Assembly (NCBI GenBank): GCA_965199825.1
Contig: OZ241329.1
Location: 1,632,001 to 1,696,000 of the forward strand
Direction: 5' to 3'
DNA: 64,000 bases
From: Bdellovibrionales bacterium
GTDB taxonomy: Bacteria > Bdellovibrionota > Bdellovibrionia > Bdellovibrionales > UBA1609
Positions 49,691 to 59,957 of the stretch are shown in pieces. How positions within the stretch are numbered: position 1 is the stretch's first letter; each line of letters starts with the position of its first letter. Below the pieces are notes generated by a model. That model did no database searches, was not told where the DNA came from, and saw only the letters and a program-made list of their open reading frames with translations. Made by a program: the position numbers and the translations under genes.

Positions 49691-49718
49691 TCAAGTCCTT
49701 TCAGCAAATCTCCGAAAT
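49691..49718 (+). promoter_or_regulatory. Putative sigma-28 (FliA) promoter
   Basis: TCAA-N16-TCCGAAAT upstream of 3-gene operon ending in cpaF. Confidence 0.4.
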
Positions 49719-49746
49719 AGAGATAGGTTTGCGAAAGGATTCATCA

Positions 49747-50025
49747 ATGTATCTTCAAGGTCAACTTCAGACAGTCTTCGATGCTCTTTATCATATGGGA
49801 GTGATCGACCCCGTTCTTCAAATGGATTGGACTCAAGTGGTTGAAGACCGCCAATTTCAATCCGAAATGTTTGAGCGCATTGTTTTGGTCGCAAATTGCT
49901 ATCAAAACGATATTGATCAACTTATGGTTGAGCTCGAAAAATTTGATCAAAAAGCTCTTGGATTTTTGGCAATGGAAGTGGCAAAAGAATTTGCCGATTT
50001 TCATGCGCGCAAGGATCTTCACTAA
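49747..50025 (+). CDS. Small helical hypothetical protein
   Basis: AAGGA RBS; stop overlaps next start. Confidence 0.7.
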   Translation: MYLQGQLQTVFDALYHMGVIDPVLQMDWTQVVEDRQFQSEMFERIVLVANCYQNDIDQLMVELEKFDQKALGFLAMEVAKEFADFHARKDLH

Positions 50026-50522
50026 TGAAAACCGGAATTCGTTTTTTTATTTTTTTAAGTGTTTTATTGATTACAAAAACGGCGAGTGCCGAATGGGCCA
50101 TTGATTTATCTCGACGTTTTAATCTTGACCCTCAAAAAACAGAGAACGAAAAATCGATTTACGAGCATGTCGTTTCTGTGCAGCCCAAAACGATTGCTCA
50201 AGAGTTTGTGATCTTACAAACCGAGCAAGGATTTATCCCTCGCAAAGTTCAGGTTCGGGCAGGGCAGAGTTACAAGATCAATGTGGTCAACATCAACGAG
50301 CAACAACGCAATGTCAGTTTTGTTTTTGATCAATTCGAAGAGCATCAGGCAACCTACTACGGTAAAATAAAATCATTTATAATTGATCCACAAAGCGAAG
50401 GGATCTTTACTTTTCAATCTCCCGAAACCGGCTTTGATGGGCAGTTGGTTGTTTTACCCAATGCGAATCCTAAAATAGAAAAAGAAGTTGAGCTTCGAGC
50501 GCCGGCATCGGCACAGGAGTAA
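50025..50522 (+). CDS. Exported cupredoxin-fold protein lacking obvious Cu ligands
   Basis: GFIPRKVQVRAGQ...P.SEGIFTFQSP cupredoxin-like pattern. Confidence 0.65.
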   Translation: MKTGIRFFIFLSVLLITKTASAEWAIDLSRRFNLDPQKTENEKSIYEHVVSVQPKTIAQEFVILQTEQGFIPRKVQVRAGQSYKINVVNINEQQRNVSFVFDQFEEHQATYYGKIKSFIIDPQSEGIFTFQSPETGFDGQLVVLPNANPKIEKEVELRAPASAQE

Positions 50523-50524
50523 TC

Positions 50525-51619
50525 TTGTCTGACGTTTATTTCCAAACTATTCGAAGTTACTTGGGTCCAATCCTTCATTTTTTAGAAGATGAATCCGTCA
50601 CCGAAGTCATGATCAACAGTCCAAGCGAAATTTGGATCGAAGTTGCCGGAAAAATTCAAAAGACCACAGCCAAATTTCAAGACGAAGATTCATTGCGTGC
50701 AGCTGTCAACAATATCGCCCAAAGTGTTGGCAGAAGAATCAACGACGAGGAGCCTCGGCTAGATGCCCGATTGCCCAATGGCTATCGTATTCATGCGGTT
50801 ATTCCTCCGTGCGCGCGCAAAGGGACCACTCTAGCGATTCGAAAATTTTCGAAAGTTCAATTTACATTTAAGGATTATATTCGGATTGGTGCCTTAAGCG
50901 TTGATGGTGCACAGTTTTTAGATATCGCAATGAAACTCGGAAAAAACATTTTGGTCAGCGGTGGAACGGGTTCAGGAAAAACCACTTTGCTCAGTGTTTT
51001 GAGTAACCGAATTCCAAGCGGCCAACGCGTGATCGTGATCGAAGATTCAAGTGAACTCCAAGTAGAGTATGAGCATGTGGTATTTTTTGAAACTCGCATG
51101 CCTGATGAACAAGGTCGTAACGAAGTGACCATTCGTGATCTACTCAAAAGCAGTTTAAGGCTCAGACCCGACCGCATCATTGTGGGTGAGGTTCGTGGTG
51201 CTGAGGCTTTAGAATTGGTCCAAGCCATGAACACCGGTCACAAAGGTTGTATGGGAACCATCCATTCCAACTCGGCATCGGATGCATTGGTGCGACTCGA
51301 AGCCCTCGCTCAAGGTGGAGATTCTAGATTGAGCGAAAAAGCACTTCGGTATCAGATCGGATCGGCAATTGATCTTGTTGTTCAAATTTCAAGATACCCC
51401 GATGGTTCAAGACGTATTGGTGAAATTGCAGAGGTGCTAGGATGGGACAAAGAGGGAACATACAATGTTGCACCGATTTACCGTCTGTCTCGTTTGGTCA
51501 AAAAACCAGACGGAAAACTAGAAGGCTCTCTCGTTGCAACCGGTGAAGTGCCCTCGTTTATCGACGAGATCGAAGACAATCAAATTCCATTTCCAAGGAC
51601 TAAGTTTAAGGCCGCATGA
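50525..51619 (+). CDS. cpaF: CpaF/TadA family secretion ATPase
   Basis: DARLPNG, IRKF, GGTGSGKTT, IEDSSEL, LRLRPDRIIVGEVRG, AMNTGH..TIH. Confidence 0.9.
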   Translation: MSDVYFQTIRSYLGPILHFLEDESVTEVMINSPSEIWIEVAGKIQKTTAKFQDEDSLRAAVNNIAQSVGRRINDEEPRLDARLPNGYRIHAVIPPCARKGTTLAIRKFSKVQFTFKDYIRIGALSVDGAQFLDIAMKLGKNILVSGGTGSGKTTLLSVLSNRIPSGQRVIVIEDSSELQVEYEHVVFFETRMPDEQGRNEVTIRDLLKSSLRLRPDRIIVGEVRGAEALELVQAMNTGHKGCMGTIHSNSASDALVRLEALAQGGDSRLSEKALRYQIGSAIDLVVQISRYPDGSRRIGEIAEVLGWDKEGTYNVAPIYRLSRLVKKPDGKLEGSLVATGEVPSFIDEIEDNQIPFPRTKFKAA

Positions 51620-51709
51620 CGTGGCGCAGCCTTTGATTTGAAGACCACCGCTTAAAGTTTCGGGATTTTTGTTTGTTCTTAAACAAGACTCTGCGTTACA
51701 ACGACTTGT

Positions 51710-52720
51710 GTGTACTTCAGTGGTAAAATCACAAATTCTTTTGTTCAATATTTAGGTCGGCAGGGCATCGACACCGAGCGCCTTTTTGAACTGACCGAGT
51801 TACCCACCGAGTTTTTGCAAGATTCTTCGTGCTGGCTCAATGCCGCCGATGTCGAAGCCTTTTTAAATATTATCGAGCGCGAATTTAGCAATAAATTTCC
51901 CGACAAAAATTTGATGTGTGCAGTCGGTCATGCTTGTAACGATATCAAGGCCTGGGGTGTATTAGACGGCGTCTTAAAGATGATGCAAAAACCCACCGAC
52001 ATTTACTCGCAACCCCAACGGTTTATTTCTTATTTTGTTTCGCCCGCACCACCTATTGGAAATCTTCAACGTGAAGACGAAAGCATCTCGTTTGATTTGC
52101 CATTTTCAAATACCGAATTTCCACTCGCCACCGAATATCTGAGAGCAGCGTTTGAGGCCTTGCCTTTGTATGTCGGAAAAAACATGTCGAGCGCACAGTG
52201 GCGTCACACAAAACTGACGGTGTCCTGGTCAGAGGCGCAAGAGTCACTGATCGAGAATTCTGAATTTGTGGTGAAGCCTGAGGTCATTCATGAATTGGTG
52301 GCTTCACTTGAAGAAGCTCAACGCGAACTCGAAACCCAAAAACAAATTGTGATGGCCCAAGCTCATGAGATTGAGCAACTCAAATCTCTAAGTTTAGGCA
52401 CCGAACGGATCAAAAGCGCATTCAATGAAGACGATATGATGATGATGCGCAGCCAAGTTTTGCGCTTGAGTGATTATATCACCCGATCACTCCAACTCGT
52501 CACACTTCTTGTTCGTCAAAATCGGCTCGACCGCCAGGTTCAAGAGGCGATGAAGCGACTCGATTGGGATTTTGTATCCACCCAGTACCGAGATGTTGTC
52601 GATGATTTATTAAAAAAGATTGAAACGTTAAAGCTAATTCCAGCCACACCTGTTAAACCCACTCGAGCCCTTAAACGCAAACGCACTTCAAGCGAGCTCG
52701 AACTCACCGCAACCAGTTAG
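51710..52720 (+). CDS. Hypothetical protein (sensor-like N-terminus, coiled-coil C-terminus)
   Basis: Long GTG-start ORF in operon with eno. Confidence 0.7.
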   Translation: MYFSGKITNSFVQYLGRQGIDTERLFELTELPTEFLQDSSCWLNAADVEAFLNIIEREFSNKFPDKNLMCAVGHACNDIKAWGVLDGVLKMMQKPTDIYSQPQRFISYFVSPAPPIGNLQREDESISFDLPFSNTEFPLATEYLRAAFEALPLYVGKNMSSAQWRHTKLTVSWSEAQESLIENSEFVVKPEVIHELVASLEEAQRELETQKQIVMAQAHEIEQLKSLSLGTERIKSAFNEDDMMMMRSQVLRLSDYITRSLQLVTLLVRQNRLDRQVQEAMKRLDWDFVSTQYRDVVDDLLKKIETLKLIPATPVKPTRALKRKRTSSELELTATS

Positions 52721-52727
52721 GAACAAA

Positions 52728-54005
52728 ATGAGCAAAATTAAAAAAGTAAAAGCCCGTGAAATCCTTGATTCTCGGGGTACGCCTACACTTGAAGTCGAAG
52801 TCGAACTCTCAAGCGGAATGATCGGTCGAGCCGCAGTGCCAAGTGGAGCCTCCACCGGAGCCCACGAAGCTTTAGAACTTCGCGACCAAGATCCCAAACG
52901 CTATTTTGGCAAAGGTGTTTTAAAAGCCATCGATAACGTCAACACAATCATTGCTCGCGCGGTGGTCGGTCTTTCGATGGATGATCGCACTGTGATAGAA
53001 AAAAAATTGAAGGAACTTGATCCCACCCCAAATAAGTCAAAACTTGGAGCGAATGCAATTTTGGGAGTGTCGCTCGCAAGTGTAAAAGCTCAGGCTCAAC
53101 ACGAGGATTTGCCTCTTTATCAATATCTCAATGATCAAGAAGACTATAGTCTGCCAGTGCCATTAATGAATGTTCTCAATGGCGGGGCTCACGCCGATAA
53201 TGGGGTTGATGTTCAAGAATTTATGATTGTTCCTCACGGTCAAAAAAACTTTCGTGAGGCTTTGCGCTGTGGCGCCGAAGTTTTTCATAATCTCAAAACA
53301 ATCTTAAAAAAACGTGGGCTCGTGACCGCAGTTGGTGATGAAGGGGGATTTGCTCCACACCTTAAGGGCAATGCTGAAGCCTTGACCTTGATCTGTGAAG
53401 CCATCGAGCTCAGTGGATACAAACTCGGTCAGGACGTTTCGCTCGCCCTCGATGTGGCTGCAACCGAATTTTTTAAAGACGGCAGTTATCATTGGGAAAA
53501 AGAAAATTTAACCGCCGCTCAATTGATTGCGGTCTATCAAGATTGGCGCAAAAAATTCCCAATTGTCAGTATTGAAGACGGTTTGTCAGAGGATGATTGG
53601 GAGGGCTGGAAGACTTTGACCGAGACTATGGGTCGATCAACTCAATTGGTAGGTGATGATTTATTTGTGACCAACCCTGAGCGAATTACGCGTGGGATCG
53701 AAGGCCACATTGCCAATGCGGTTTTGATCAAAGTGAACCAAATTGGCTCTCTCTCGCAAACAGAAGAGGCTGTGCGCATCGCTAAACAAGGTGAGTATGC
53801 GACAGTGATGTCTCATCGCAGTGGCGAAACTGAAGATACAACCATTGCCGATTTGGCGGTGGCTTTGCAGTGTGAACAAATCAAGACAGGAAGCTTGTGC
53901 CGAGGAGAGCGAACTGCTAAATATAATCAATTGCTTCGAATAGAAGACGAACTCGGGACCCACGCAAAATTTCTGGGTCGCAAAGCTTTTAAAGCTGTCG
54001 AATGA
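52728..54005 (+). CDS. eno: Enolase
   Basis: [41 protein letters not shown]. Confidence 0.98.
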   Translation: MSKIKKVKAREILDSRGTPTLEVEVELSSGMIGRAAVPSGASTGAHEALELRDQDPKRYFGKGVLKAIDNVNTIIARAVVGLSMDDRTVIEKKLKELDPTPNKSKLGANAILGVSLASVKAQAQHEDLPLYQYLNDQEDYSLPVPLMNVLNGGAHADNGVDVQEFMIVPHGQKNFREALRCGAEVFHNLKTILKKRGLVTAVGDEGGFAPHLKGNAEALTLICEAIELSGYKLGQDVSLALDVAATEFFKDGSYHWEKENLTAAQLIAVYQDWRKKFPIVSIEDGLSEDDWEGWKTLTETMGRSTQLVGDDLFVTNPERITRGIEGHIANAVLIKVNQIGSLSQTEEAVRIAKQGEYATVMSHRSGETEDTTIADLAVALQCEQIKTGSLCRGERTAKYNQLLRIEDELGTHAKFLGRKAFKAVE

Positions 54006-54025
54006 TTCCTTACTAAGGAGAGATT

Positions 54026-54769
54026 GTGTTTTCAGTGTTATTTTATTTTATGTCGGCGCAGGCTGCGTCGGCAAATTGTAGTGCTTTAAATAGCATTAAC
54101 TTCGAAATTCCTGGAGTTCAGCTCCAAGCTCGCACTGTCAAACGTGACGAATATAGATCTCTGATGGAATTGATTTTCGGCAAAGTCGCATTTAATTTTG
54201 ATTCTAAAGAAGTCAACTCACCCGATGACACCGCAAAGCTAGTTTGGACCAATCATTTCGAGCCTCTGCTTCAGAGCAGTCGATTCACTTATCATGAAAT
54301 GGCCAAGATCAATATGGATTCAAAAATAACAATTTTTGATGCTCGTTCAAAATCAGATCCTAAGGTGAGTTATTTTGATAACCCGGCTCAATTTTTTAAA
54401 GGCAGTCCTTTTGCCATTATAACCGTAGGAATTTTTTCTGGAGCTAAACTGATTGGGTTTGCTTCGATTTACAAAGATACGACTACAACTGCAAGATATC
54501 TAAACCCGCATTTCAGCAACCAGACCGTGTTTATTACTGTCGCTTTAAGTCGCCAAACTCGGCGGCTCGTTGAAGTCACAAAGGCAGCAATGAATTATGC
54601 TTTCCAAACACTCAAAGTTGAGGAAGTTATTGTCCCTTTGCCGATCGACGAAAACATCGAAAGATTAGGGCATGCCTTACAACTTAATAAAGGTGAGCAG
54701 CACGGAAATCTGAATTACATGTGGCGAAACACGATTCCGGTTTCTCACTCTGCCGCCGGCAACGACTGA
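54026..54769 (+). CDS. Secreted hypothetical protein with degenerate GNAT-like C-terminus
   Basis: GGAG RBS, GTG start, signal peptide; LIGFASIY...AMNYAFQTLKVEEV resembles RimJ/RimL GNATs. Confidence 0.55.
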   Translation: MFSVLFYFMSAQAASANCSALNSINFEIPGVQLQARTVKRDEYRSLMELIFGKVAFNFDSKEVNSPDDTAKLVWTNHFEPLLQSSRFTYHEMAKINMDSKITIFDARSKSDPKVSYFDNPAQFFKGSPFAIITVGIFSGAKLIGFASIYKDTTTTARYLNPHFSNQTVFITVALSRQTRRLVEVTKAAMNYAFQTLKVEEVIVPLPIDENIERLGHALQLNKGEQHGNLNYMWRNTIPVSHSAAGND

Positions 54770-55629
54770 AGCATCAACTGGCAAAAAAAGTTCATCGGAA
54801 CTTCGGGTAATTGATAGGGGCGCGGCTCGTTGAGGTTTTTGATTTCTGATTGCAACTGACTCACCGACCAACCCTTTTCGCTCAACAACCGTTCGGCTTG
54901 CACCGCCAAAATCATATTTCGACCGGCTCCCTCAAAATCCTCGTCCATCCCTGCGGGCTTGGCATAGGCTAAAGTGAACAATCGGCCGTGCGGGTGCATG
55001 GGACTCGGAGTCTCAGCCACTTGCAGCGCCATCTTTTGGGGCACCATACGGTAGGCGACATGACCCAAATTTAATTTTTGGGCGAGATCTTTTGCGACTT
55101 CATATGAGTTTCCTAAAGACTCTAGTTTTTGAACCACATCGCTTAAACTTTCTTTTTTTAAAGCCTGTTCTAAAAGGGCCGACACAATTTCCAATTGATC
55201 GCTCGAGGTATTGAGTCTTATTTTTTTGATTTGCCCTTGAGGAAATTCGGCGGTGGGGGATTCAAAGATTTCAATCCCATCTTTGACGGGTACAATTCGG
55301 TAATGCGACTTACGACTTGAGGATGAACGAAATAATAATTCTGAAGCGGTGAGAGGTGTGAGGCGAGGGACTGCATTGCCAAACTTATTTTTTAAAATTT
55401 GTAAGATTTCGCGCGCGCCCGTCGTGCCAAATCTCTGATCCAGTGTGGCCAGCAAAACTCCGGTGTGTTGGTGATTCAATGGGGTTTTAAGATCTGGTTC
55501 TACCGGTTTAAAGAGTGGATACCATCGTTCGCGATCGGCAACTGCGACTTGTTTTCCATCTATAAAAAATCGGGCGTGCACGGTTTGTAGGGGCAACATC
55601 AAAACAAAAAATAAAATTTTAAAATTCAT
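54745..55629 (-). CDS. Secreted hypothetical protein
   Basis: ATG 55629 overlaps argR end; signal peptide MNFKILFFVLMLPLQTVHA. Confidence 0.65.
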   Translation of the reverse strand: MNFKILFFVLMLPLQTVHARFFIDGKQVAVADRERWYPLFKPVEPDLKTPLNHQHTGVLLATLDQRFGTTGAREILQILKNKFGNAVPRLTPLTASELLFRSSSSRKSHYRIVPVKDGIEIFESPTAEFPQGQIKKIRLNTSSDQLEIVSALLEQALKKESLSDVVQKLESLGNSYEVAKDLAQKLNLGHVAYRMVPQKMALQVAETPSPMHPHGRLFTLAYAKPAGMDEDFEGAGRNMILAVQAERLLSEKGWSVSQLQSEIKNLNEPRPYQLPEVPMNFFCQLMLQSLPAAE

Positions 55630-56062
55630 TGATAATTGCTTTAGTAAGAGATTGGATTTTGTTTGTCGAACGGGGAGCCACAAAAACGGTGTCATCACCC
55701 GCAATAGTGCCTAAAATCTCTTTGATTTGAGATTTATCCAGTAGTCGCGCCACAAGGCTTGCCGATCCGGGAGTTGTGCGCAAAACAATCAATGATCCAT
55801 TGTGTTCAACACTCATCAAAAGACTTTGCATGTCGGTGGTCACCACCGATGAATCCTCAGAGAGGCGATAAACAATTGCGCCCGAACTGTTTCGCATTTT
55901 GATCGCATTGATCCGTCTTAAATCGCGCGAAATAGTACTTTGGGTTGCGGTAAATTTTTTTGATTTGAGGGCCGCGACCAGCTCCTCTTGGGTTGATAAA
56001 CCTCCCTCAACCAAAAGAGTTTTTAAAGCTTGCATGCGCTCTGCAGATTCGTTTGACGACAT
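55619..56062 (-). CDS. argR: Arginine repressor
   Basis: TQEELV, TQSTISRDL, TTPGSA, GTIAGDDT. Confidence 0.95.
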   Translation of the reverse strand: MSSNESAERMQALKTLLVEGGLSTQEELVAALKSKKFTATQSTISRDLRRINAIKMRNSSGAIVYRLSEDSSVVTTDMQSLLMSVEHNGSLIVLRTTPGSASLVARLLDKSQIKEILGTIAGDDTVFVAPRSTNKIQSLTKAIINEF

Positions 56063-56967
56063 CAGTAAAGTCCCATCATTAAAGCTTTTTGGGCATGGAG
56101 GCGATTTTCGGCCTGCTCAAAAATTTTGGATTGGGGATGGTCAGCCATTTCTGAAGTGATCTCTTGATCTCTGACCATCGGCAAGCAATGCAAAATAATC
56201 GCATTAGCTTCGGCCTGACTAAATATTTTTTTATTTACCTGATAGGGCCTAAAAGTTTCAAGCCTCGTGCTATTTTGTTGCGACTCAAAGCCCATGCTGG
56301 TCCATACATCGGTGTAAATCGCATGACACCCCTTGGCCGCCTCTAATGGCGATTCGAAAAATTTAATTTTATTTGGAGCGCGGTGATTCGCACGCTCGAC
56401 AATAGACGCTTTCGGAAGATGTGCAGTCGGACACGCATAGTGCACGTCGATTCCGAGTTGAGGAAGCATCAGCATCAGCGAATGAAGCATATTGTTGCCA
56501 TCACCCACATAGCACAGCTTTAAACCTTCCAGCCGATCAAAGGTTTGAAACAATGTTGTGAGATCAGCAAGTATTTGGCACGGGTGATGATCATCAGAAA
56601 GACCATTAATAATCGGAATCTTTGCAACCGTTGCCATCCGATCTAAAGTCGAATGCTCAAACGTTCTTAGCATGATTCCTTGCACCATTCCTTGGAGCAC
56701 CCGCATAGTGTCTTCGGGTTCTTCATGTTTTTTTTGGCTCCCCAAAAGCTCAAGGGGGTGACCACCCATTTCATTGACACCCACCGCAAAACTTACCCGT
56801 GTGCGGAGCGAGGGCTTTTCAAAAATCAGCGCGATTGTTTTGTTTTTGAGATGATCACTGGGTTGCCGATTTTTTTTGAGCTGATCTGCGGTTTTAATCA
56901 ACTCCATCAGCTCAAGAGGCGACAACTCTTCGCCGGTTAAAAAGTTGCGAGTTTTAAACCGCAACAT
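56062..56967 (-). CDS. argF: Ornithine carbamoyltransferase
   Basis: FEKPSLRTR, HPCQILAD, DVWTSMG, HCLP, QAENR. Confidence 0.93.
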   Translation of the reverse strand: MLRFKTRNFLTGEELSPLELMELIKTADQLKKNRQPSDHLKNKTIALIFEKPSLRTRVSFAVGVNEMGGHPLELLGSQKKHEEPEDTMRVLQGMVQGIMLRTFEHSTLDRMATVAKIPIINGLSDDHHPCQILADLTTLFQTFDRLEGLKLCYVGDGNNMLHSLMLMLPQLGIDVHYACPTAHLPKASIVERANHRAPNKIKFFESPLEAAKGCHAIYTDVWTSMGFESQQNSTRLETFRPYQVNKKIFSQAEANAIILHCLPMVRDQEITSEMADHPQSKIFEQAENRLHAQKALMMGLY

Positions 56968-57712
56968 GATGAAACCCCTCAAAATTACATGTTGTTGAGT
57001 GATCTTCAAAAATATCCGAGGCATGCACCACTTTTACTTTTTTTACTCCCGAATTGAGAGCATGGATGATCGCCAAAGTTTTGGTGAGCATTCCGCCAGA
57101 GACCACACGGTACTTGATCATTTGCTCAAGGCCCTCAACATCCACCGCTTTTATACTTTGGCCTTCTTCATCTAAAATTCCAAATTGATCGGTTAAAAAG
57201 ATTAACTCATCAACCTCAAGTGCACTCGCAAGATAGCTTGCGGCCCAATCGGCATTGATATTTAAAGCTTGTCCATTTTGACTTGTACCAATAGGTGCGA
57301 TCACTGGCAGAGATGTCATAGATAATAGCCAATCACTATTCACCTTTTTGATTTCGCCCACGTGTCCAAGATTTATTTTTTGATCACAAAGTAGAGTTTG
57401 GTTGTCGGTGCCCGCACAACCGAATGCCAAGATTCCGTGGGCATTTAAAAACCGAACCAATTTGCGATTGACCGAGCCACATAACGTCGACTCAATCACC
57501 CCAACCATTTCGGCAGTGGTCACGCGCTGGCCATCGATAAATGTCCATTGAATCCCGCGCAGAACGAGTTCGGCATTGATATTGGGACCCCCGCCATGAA
57601 CCAAAAAAATCTGATCGCCTCGTTCCTTTAACTTTTTAATTAGTTCGACCAAAATCAAAAGGTTTGATTCATGGTTGAGGGCTGATCCACCGAGTTTGAT
57701 AAGCGTCTTCAT
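56954..57712 (-). CDS. argB: Acetylglutamate kinase
   Basis: IKLGG, VHGGGP, GQRVT, NINAD, GGMLTK. Confidence 0.93.
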   Translation of the reverse strand: MKTLIKLGGSALNHESNLLILVELIKKLKERGDQIFLVHGGGPNINAELVLRGIQWTFIDGQRVTTAEMVGVIESTLCGSVNRKLVRFLNAHGILAFGCAGTDNQTLLCDQKINLGHVGEIKKVNSDWLLSMTSLPVIAPIGTSQNGQALNINADWAASYLASALEVDELIFLTDQFGILDEEGQSIKAVDVEGLEQMIKYRVVSGGMLTKTLAIIHALNSGVKKVKVVHASDIFEDHSTTCNFEGFHHVAV

Positions 57713-58899
57713 GAATACTCCGTATTGATAGTGATATAACGTTTAGAAAGATCGCAGCCCCATGCGGTTGCGGTGTTGTCGCCCGAGGCCAAATCAATTT
57801 CGATATGCACGCAATTTTTTTTTAAACTTTGCTTGATATGATCAAAATTAAAAACTTCGGGATGTCCCGCAGTAAACAAAACTTGTCCTTGGATTTTTAA
57901 TGTCATCTTATTCAGACACTCGAGCGGCACTTGCTCGGCTCCGAGACGGGCGATCACCCGCCCCCAGTTCGGATCTTCACCGTGCATTGCAGTTTTCACG
58001 AGTGGACTTAAAATCACTCCGCGTGCAGCACGTCGAGCAAGCTCCAAGGTCGGTGAACCTTTAAGTTCAACCTCGATCAGTTTTGTTGCGCCCTCACCAT
58101 CCGAGGCAATCGCTTTGGCCAAAAACTGACAGACCTCGATCAGCGCAGTTTTAAAAATTGCGATATCTTGAGCTGTAACAACCGAGACAAGTGACAAGCC
58201 ATTTGCGAGGAGAAATGAGCAATCATTGGTAGAGCAATCCCCATCTACACTGATCATATTAAAACTGACATCGGTGGACTGTTTCAAAAAATCTTGGGCT
58301 TGAGTTTGCTCAAGAACCGCGTCGGTCAAAATATATCCCAGCATCGTTCCCATCTGTGGATGAATCATGCCGGAACCTTTACAAATTCCGGTGATTTGAA
58401 CATCACCCCCACTTAAGGGCACTGTTGTCGAAACAGATTTAGGGACCAAGTCGGTGGTTAAAATTGAAAGTGCAAAACCATCGGCCACATCGCTCGCGCG
58501 CTCAATCAGTTCTGGAATCGCTAAAGTGATTTTATCAATTTCGAGTTGTTTACCAATCACACCCGTGCTGGCTGTCAAAACCGCGGTTGTATTCAGGTTT
58601 AAATGTCGAGCCACAGTCGCTGCCATTTGAAGATTTGAGGCTTCGCCTTGTGGACCTGTACCTGCATTGGCTTGGCCTGAATTTGTAATGACCGCACGAA
58701 TGGTGTTTGAGGGTAAAAGATTTTGTGAATATAAAATTGGCGCGGCTCTAAGCTGATTGAGTGTAAACACACCGGCTGCCACACAATCGACCTCCGAATA
58801 AATCAAGCCTAAGTCTGGGCGATAACGACGAACCCCAGAATTGATTCCACTTGCAAAAAAACCTTTGGGCAATGGAGTGTGATGAAGTCCTAAAGACAT
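57709..58899 (-). CDS. argJ: Ornithine acetyltransferase
   Basis: NSGQANAGTG, STGVIG, KGSGMIHPQMGTML, DGEGATK. Confidence 0.95.
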   Translation of the reverse strand: MSLGLHHTPLPKGFFASGINSGVRRYRPDLGLIYSEVDCVAAGVFTLNQLRAAPILYSQNLLPSNTIRAVITNSGQANAGTGPQGEASNLQMAATVARHLNLNTTAVLTASTGVIGKQLEIDKITLAIPELIERASDVADGFALSILTTDLVPKSVSTTVPLSGGDVQITGICKGSGMIHPQMGTMLGYILTDAVLEQTQAQDFLKQSTDVSFNMISVDGDCSTNDCSFLLANGLSLVSVVTAQDIAIFKTALIEVCQFLAKAIASDGEGATKLIEVELKGSPTLELARRAARGVILSPLVKTAMHGEDPNWGRVIARLGAEQVPLECLNKMTLKIQGQVLFTAGHPEVFNFDHIKQSLKKNCVHIEIDLASGDNTATAWGCDLSKRYITINTEYS

Positions 58900-59846
58900 G
58901 AGATTAACTCGTGTGAGGGCAGACCTAAAATTTGATTCAAGTTTTCAATTGCCTGGCTTGCTGCGCCCTTTAATAAGTTGTCGATAACACTAAATACATA
59001 AAGTTTATCTTGAACAACTTTGTAACTGATATGTGTCATCGCGGTGCGAATCACATTTTTGATGCGTGCAAGCTCTGTGATCGCTTCGCCATGTCGAACA
59101 AATGGATAATCATGATACGAGCGATCAAAGGCCTCTTTTATCTTTTCAAAAGGGGCGACCAGTTTGGTGTAAATCGCCACACTCAATCCTCGATCAATCG
59201 GTAACAGGTGGGTGTTAAAGTGCGGGTCGATCTGGATATCAGAAAATGTTTTCACCGCCTCGCAAATTTCGGGCAGATGTTGATGTTCCCCCACGCGATA
59301 GGGAGTAAAGTCTCCGCTCACTTCGCTAAACATCAAAGCTTCTTTTGGTTTTTTGCCGGCTCCGGTTGTTCCAGATTTGGCATCGATCACCAGTGTTGTT
59401 GTATCAATCAGATTATTTTTTATAAGCGGTAAAAGAGCCATAAGAGTGGCCGTTGCAAAACAGCCAGGATTACTAATCAAGTTGCTACTCGGCCGTTTTG
59501 CAAAAGGCAAGAGACCGTAGTGACCTTGAAGTGGCGACTTTAAATTGTAAGTGTCTTGACTTAACAAAGGCGGCAATCGAAAGGCCCCACTCAGATCAAT
59601 CACACAAATTCCAGATTGCAAAAGTTTGGGGGCTAACTCGAAAGAGACTTCAGCCGGTGTGGCCAAAAAAACAATAGGCGTGGTTAAAAGATTCTCAAAT
59701 TGATCTTGATCCATGTCCGATGCGAAACAATTTTTTACCGCGACGTAAGGGTGCCTGTTGAGCATCTGAACAAGCTCAACGCCTGCATATCCGCGACTCC
59801 CAACAACCGAAACAGCCATCTGATCAACTGAATTTTTATGCATCAT
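58890..59846 (-). CDS. argC: N-acetyl-gamma-glutamyl-phosphate reductase
   Basis: GSRGYAG, IDLSGAFRL, NPGCFAT, SGTTGAG, DNLLKGAASQA; start may be 59819. Confidence 0.94.
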   Translation of the reverse strand: MMHKNSVDQMAVSVVGSRGYAGVELVQMLNRHPYVAVKNCFASDMDQDQFENLLTTPIVFLATPAEVSFELAPKLLQSGICVIDLSGAFRLPPLLSQDTYNLKSPLQGHYGLLPFAKRPSSNLISNPGCFATATLMALLPLIKNNLIDTTTLVIDAKSGTTGAGKKPKEALMFSEVSGDFTPYRVGEHQHLPEICEAVKTFSDIQIDPHFNTHLLPIDRGLSVAIYTKLVAPFEKIKEAFDRSYHDYPFVRHGEAITELARIKNVIRTAMTHISYKVVQDKLYVFSVIDNLLKGAASQAIENLNQILGLPSHELISCL

Positions 59847-59915
59847 ACATGCATAAATAGTATAGATTTAGATTTAAATCAACATAAATATGTATTGACT
59901 GCATAAATATTCTAA
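59827..59915. promoter_or_regulatory. ARG boxes in divergent argC/argG promoter region
   Basis: TGAATTTTTATGCA (59829), TGCATAAATAGTAT (59850; canonical 21-bp spacing), TGCATAAATATTCT (59900). Confidence 0.75.
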
Positions 59916-59957
59916 GTAAAACATGGCAAAAAAAGGCTCAAAAAGAGGTTATTTCAT

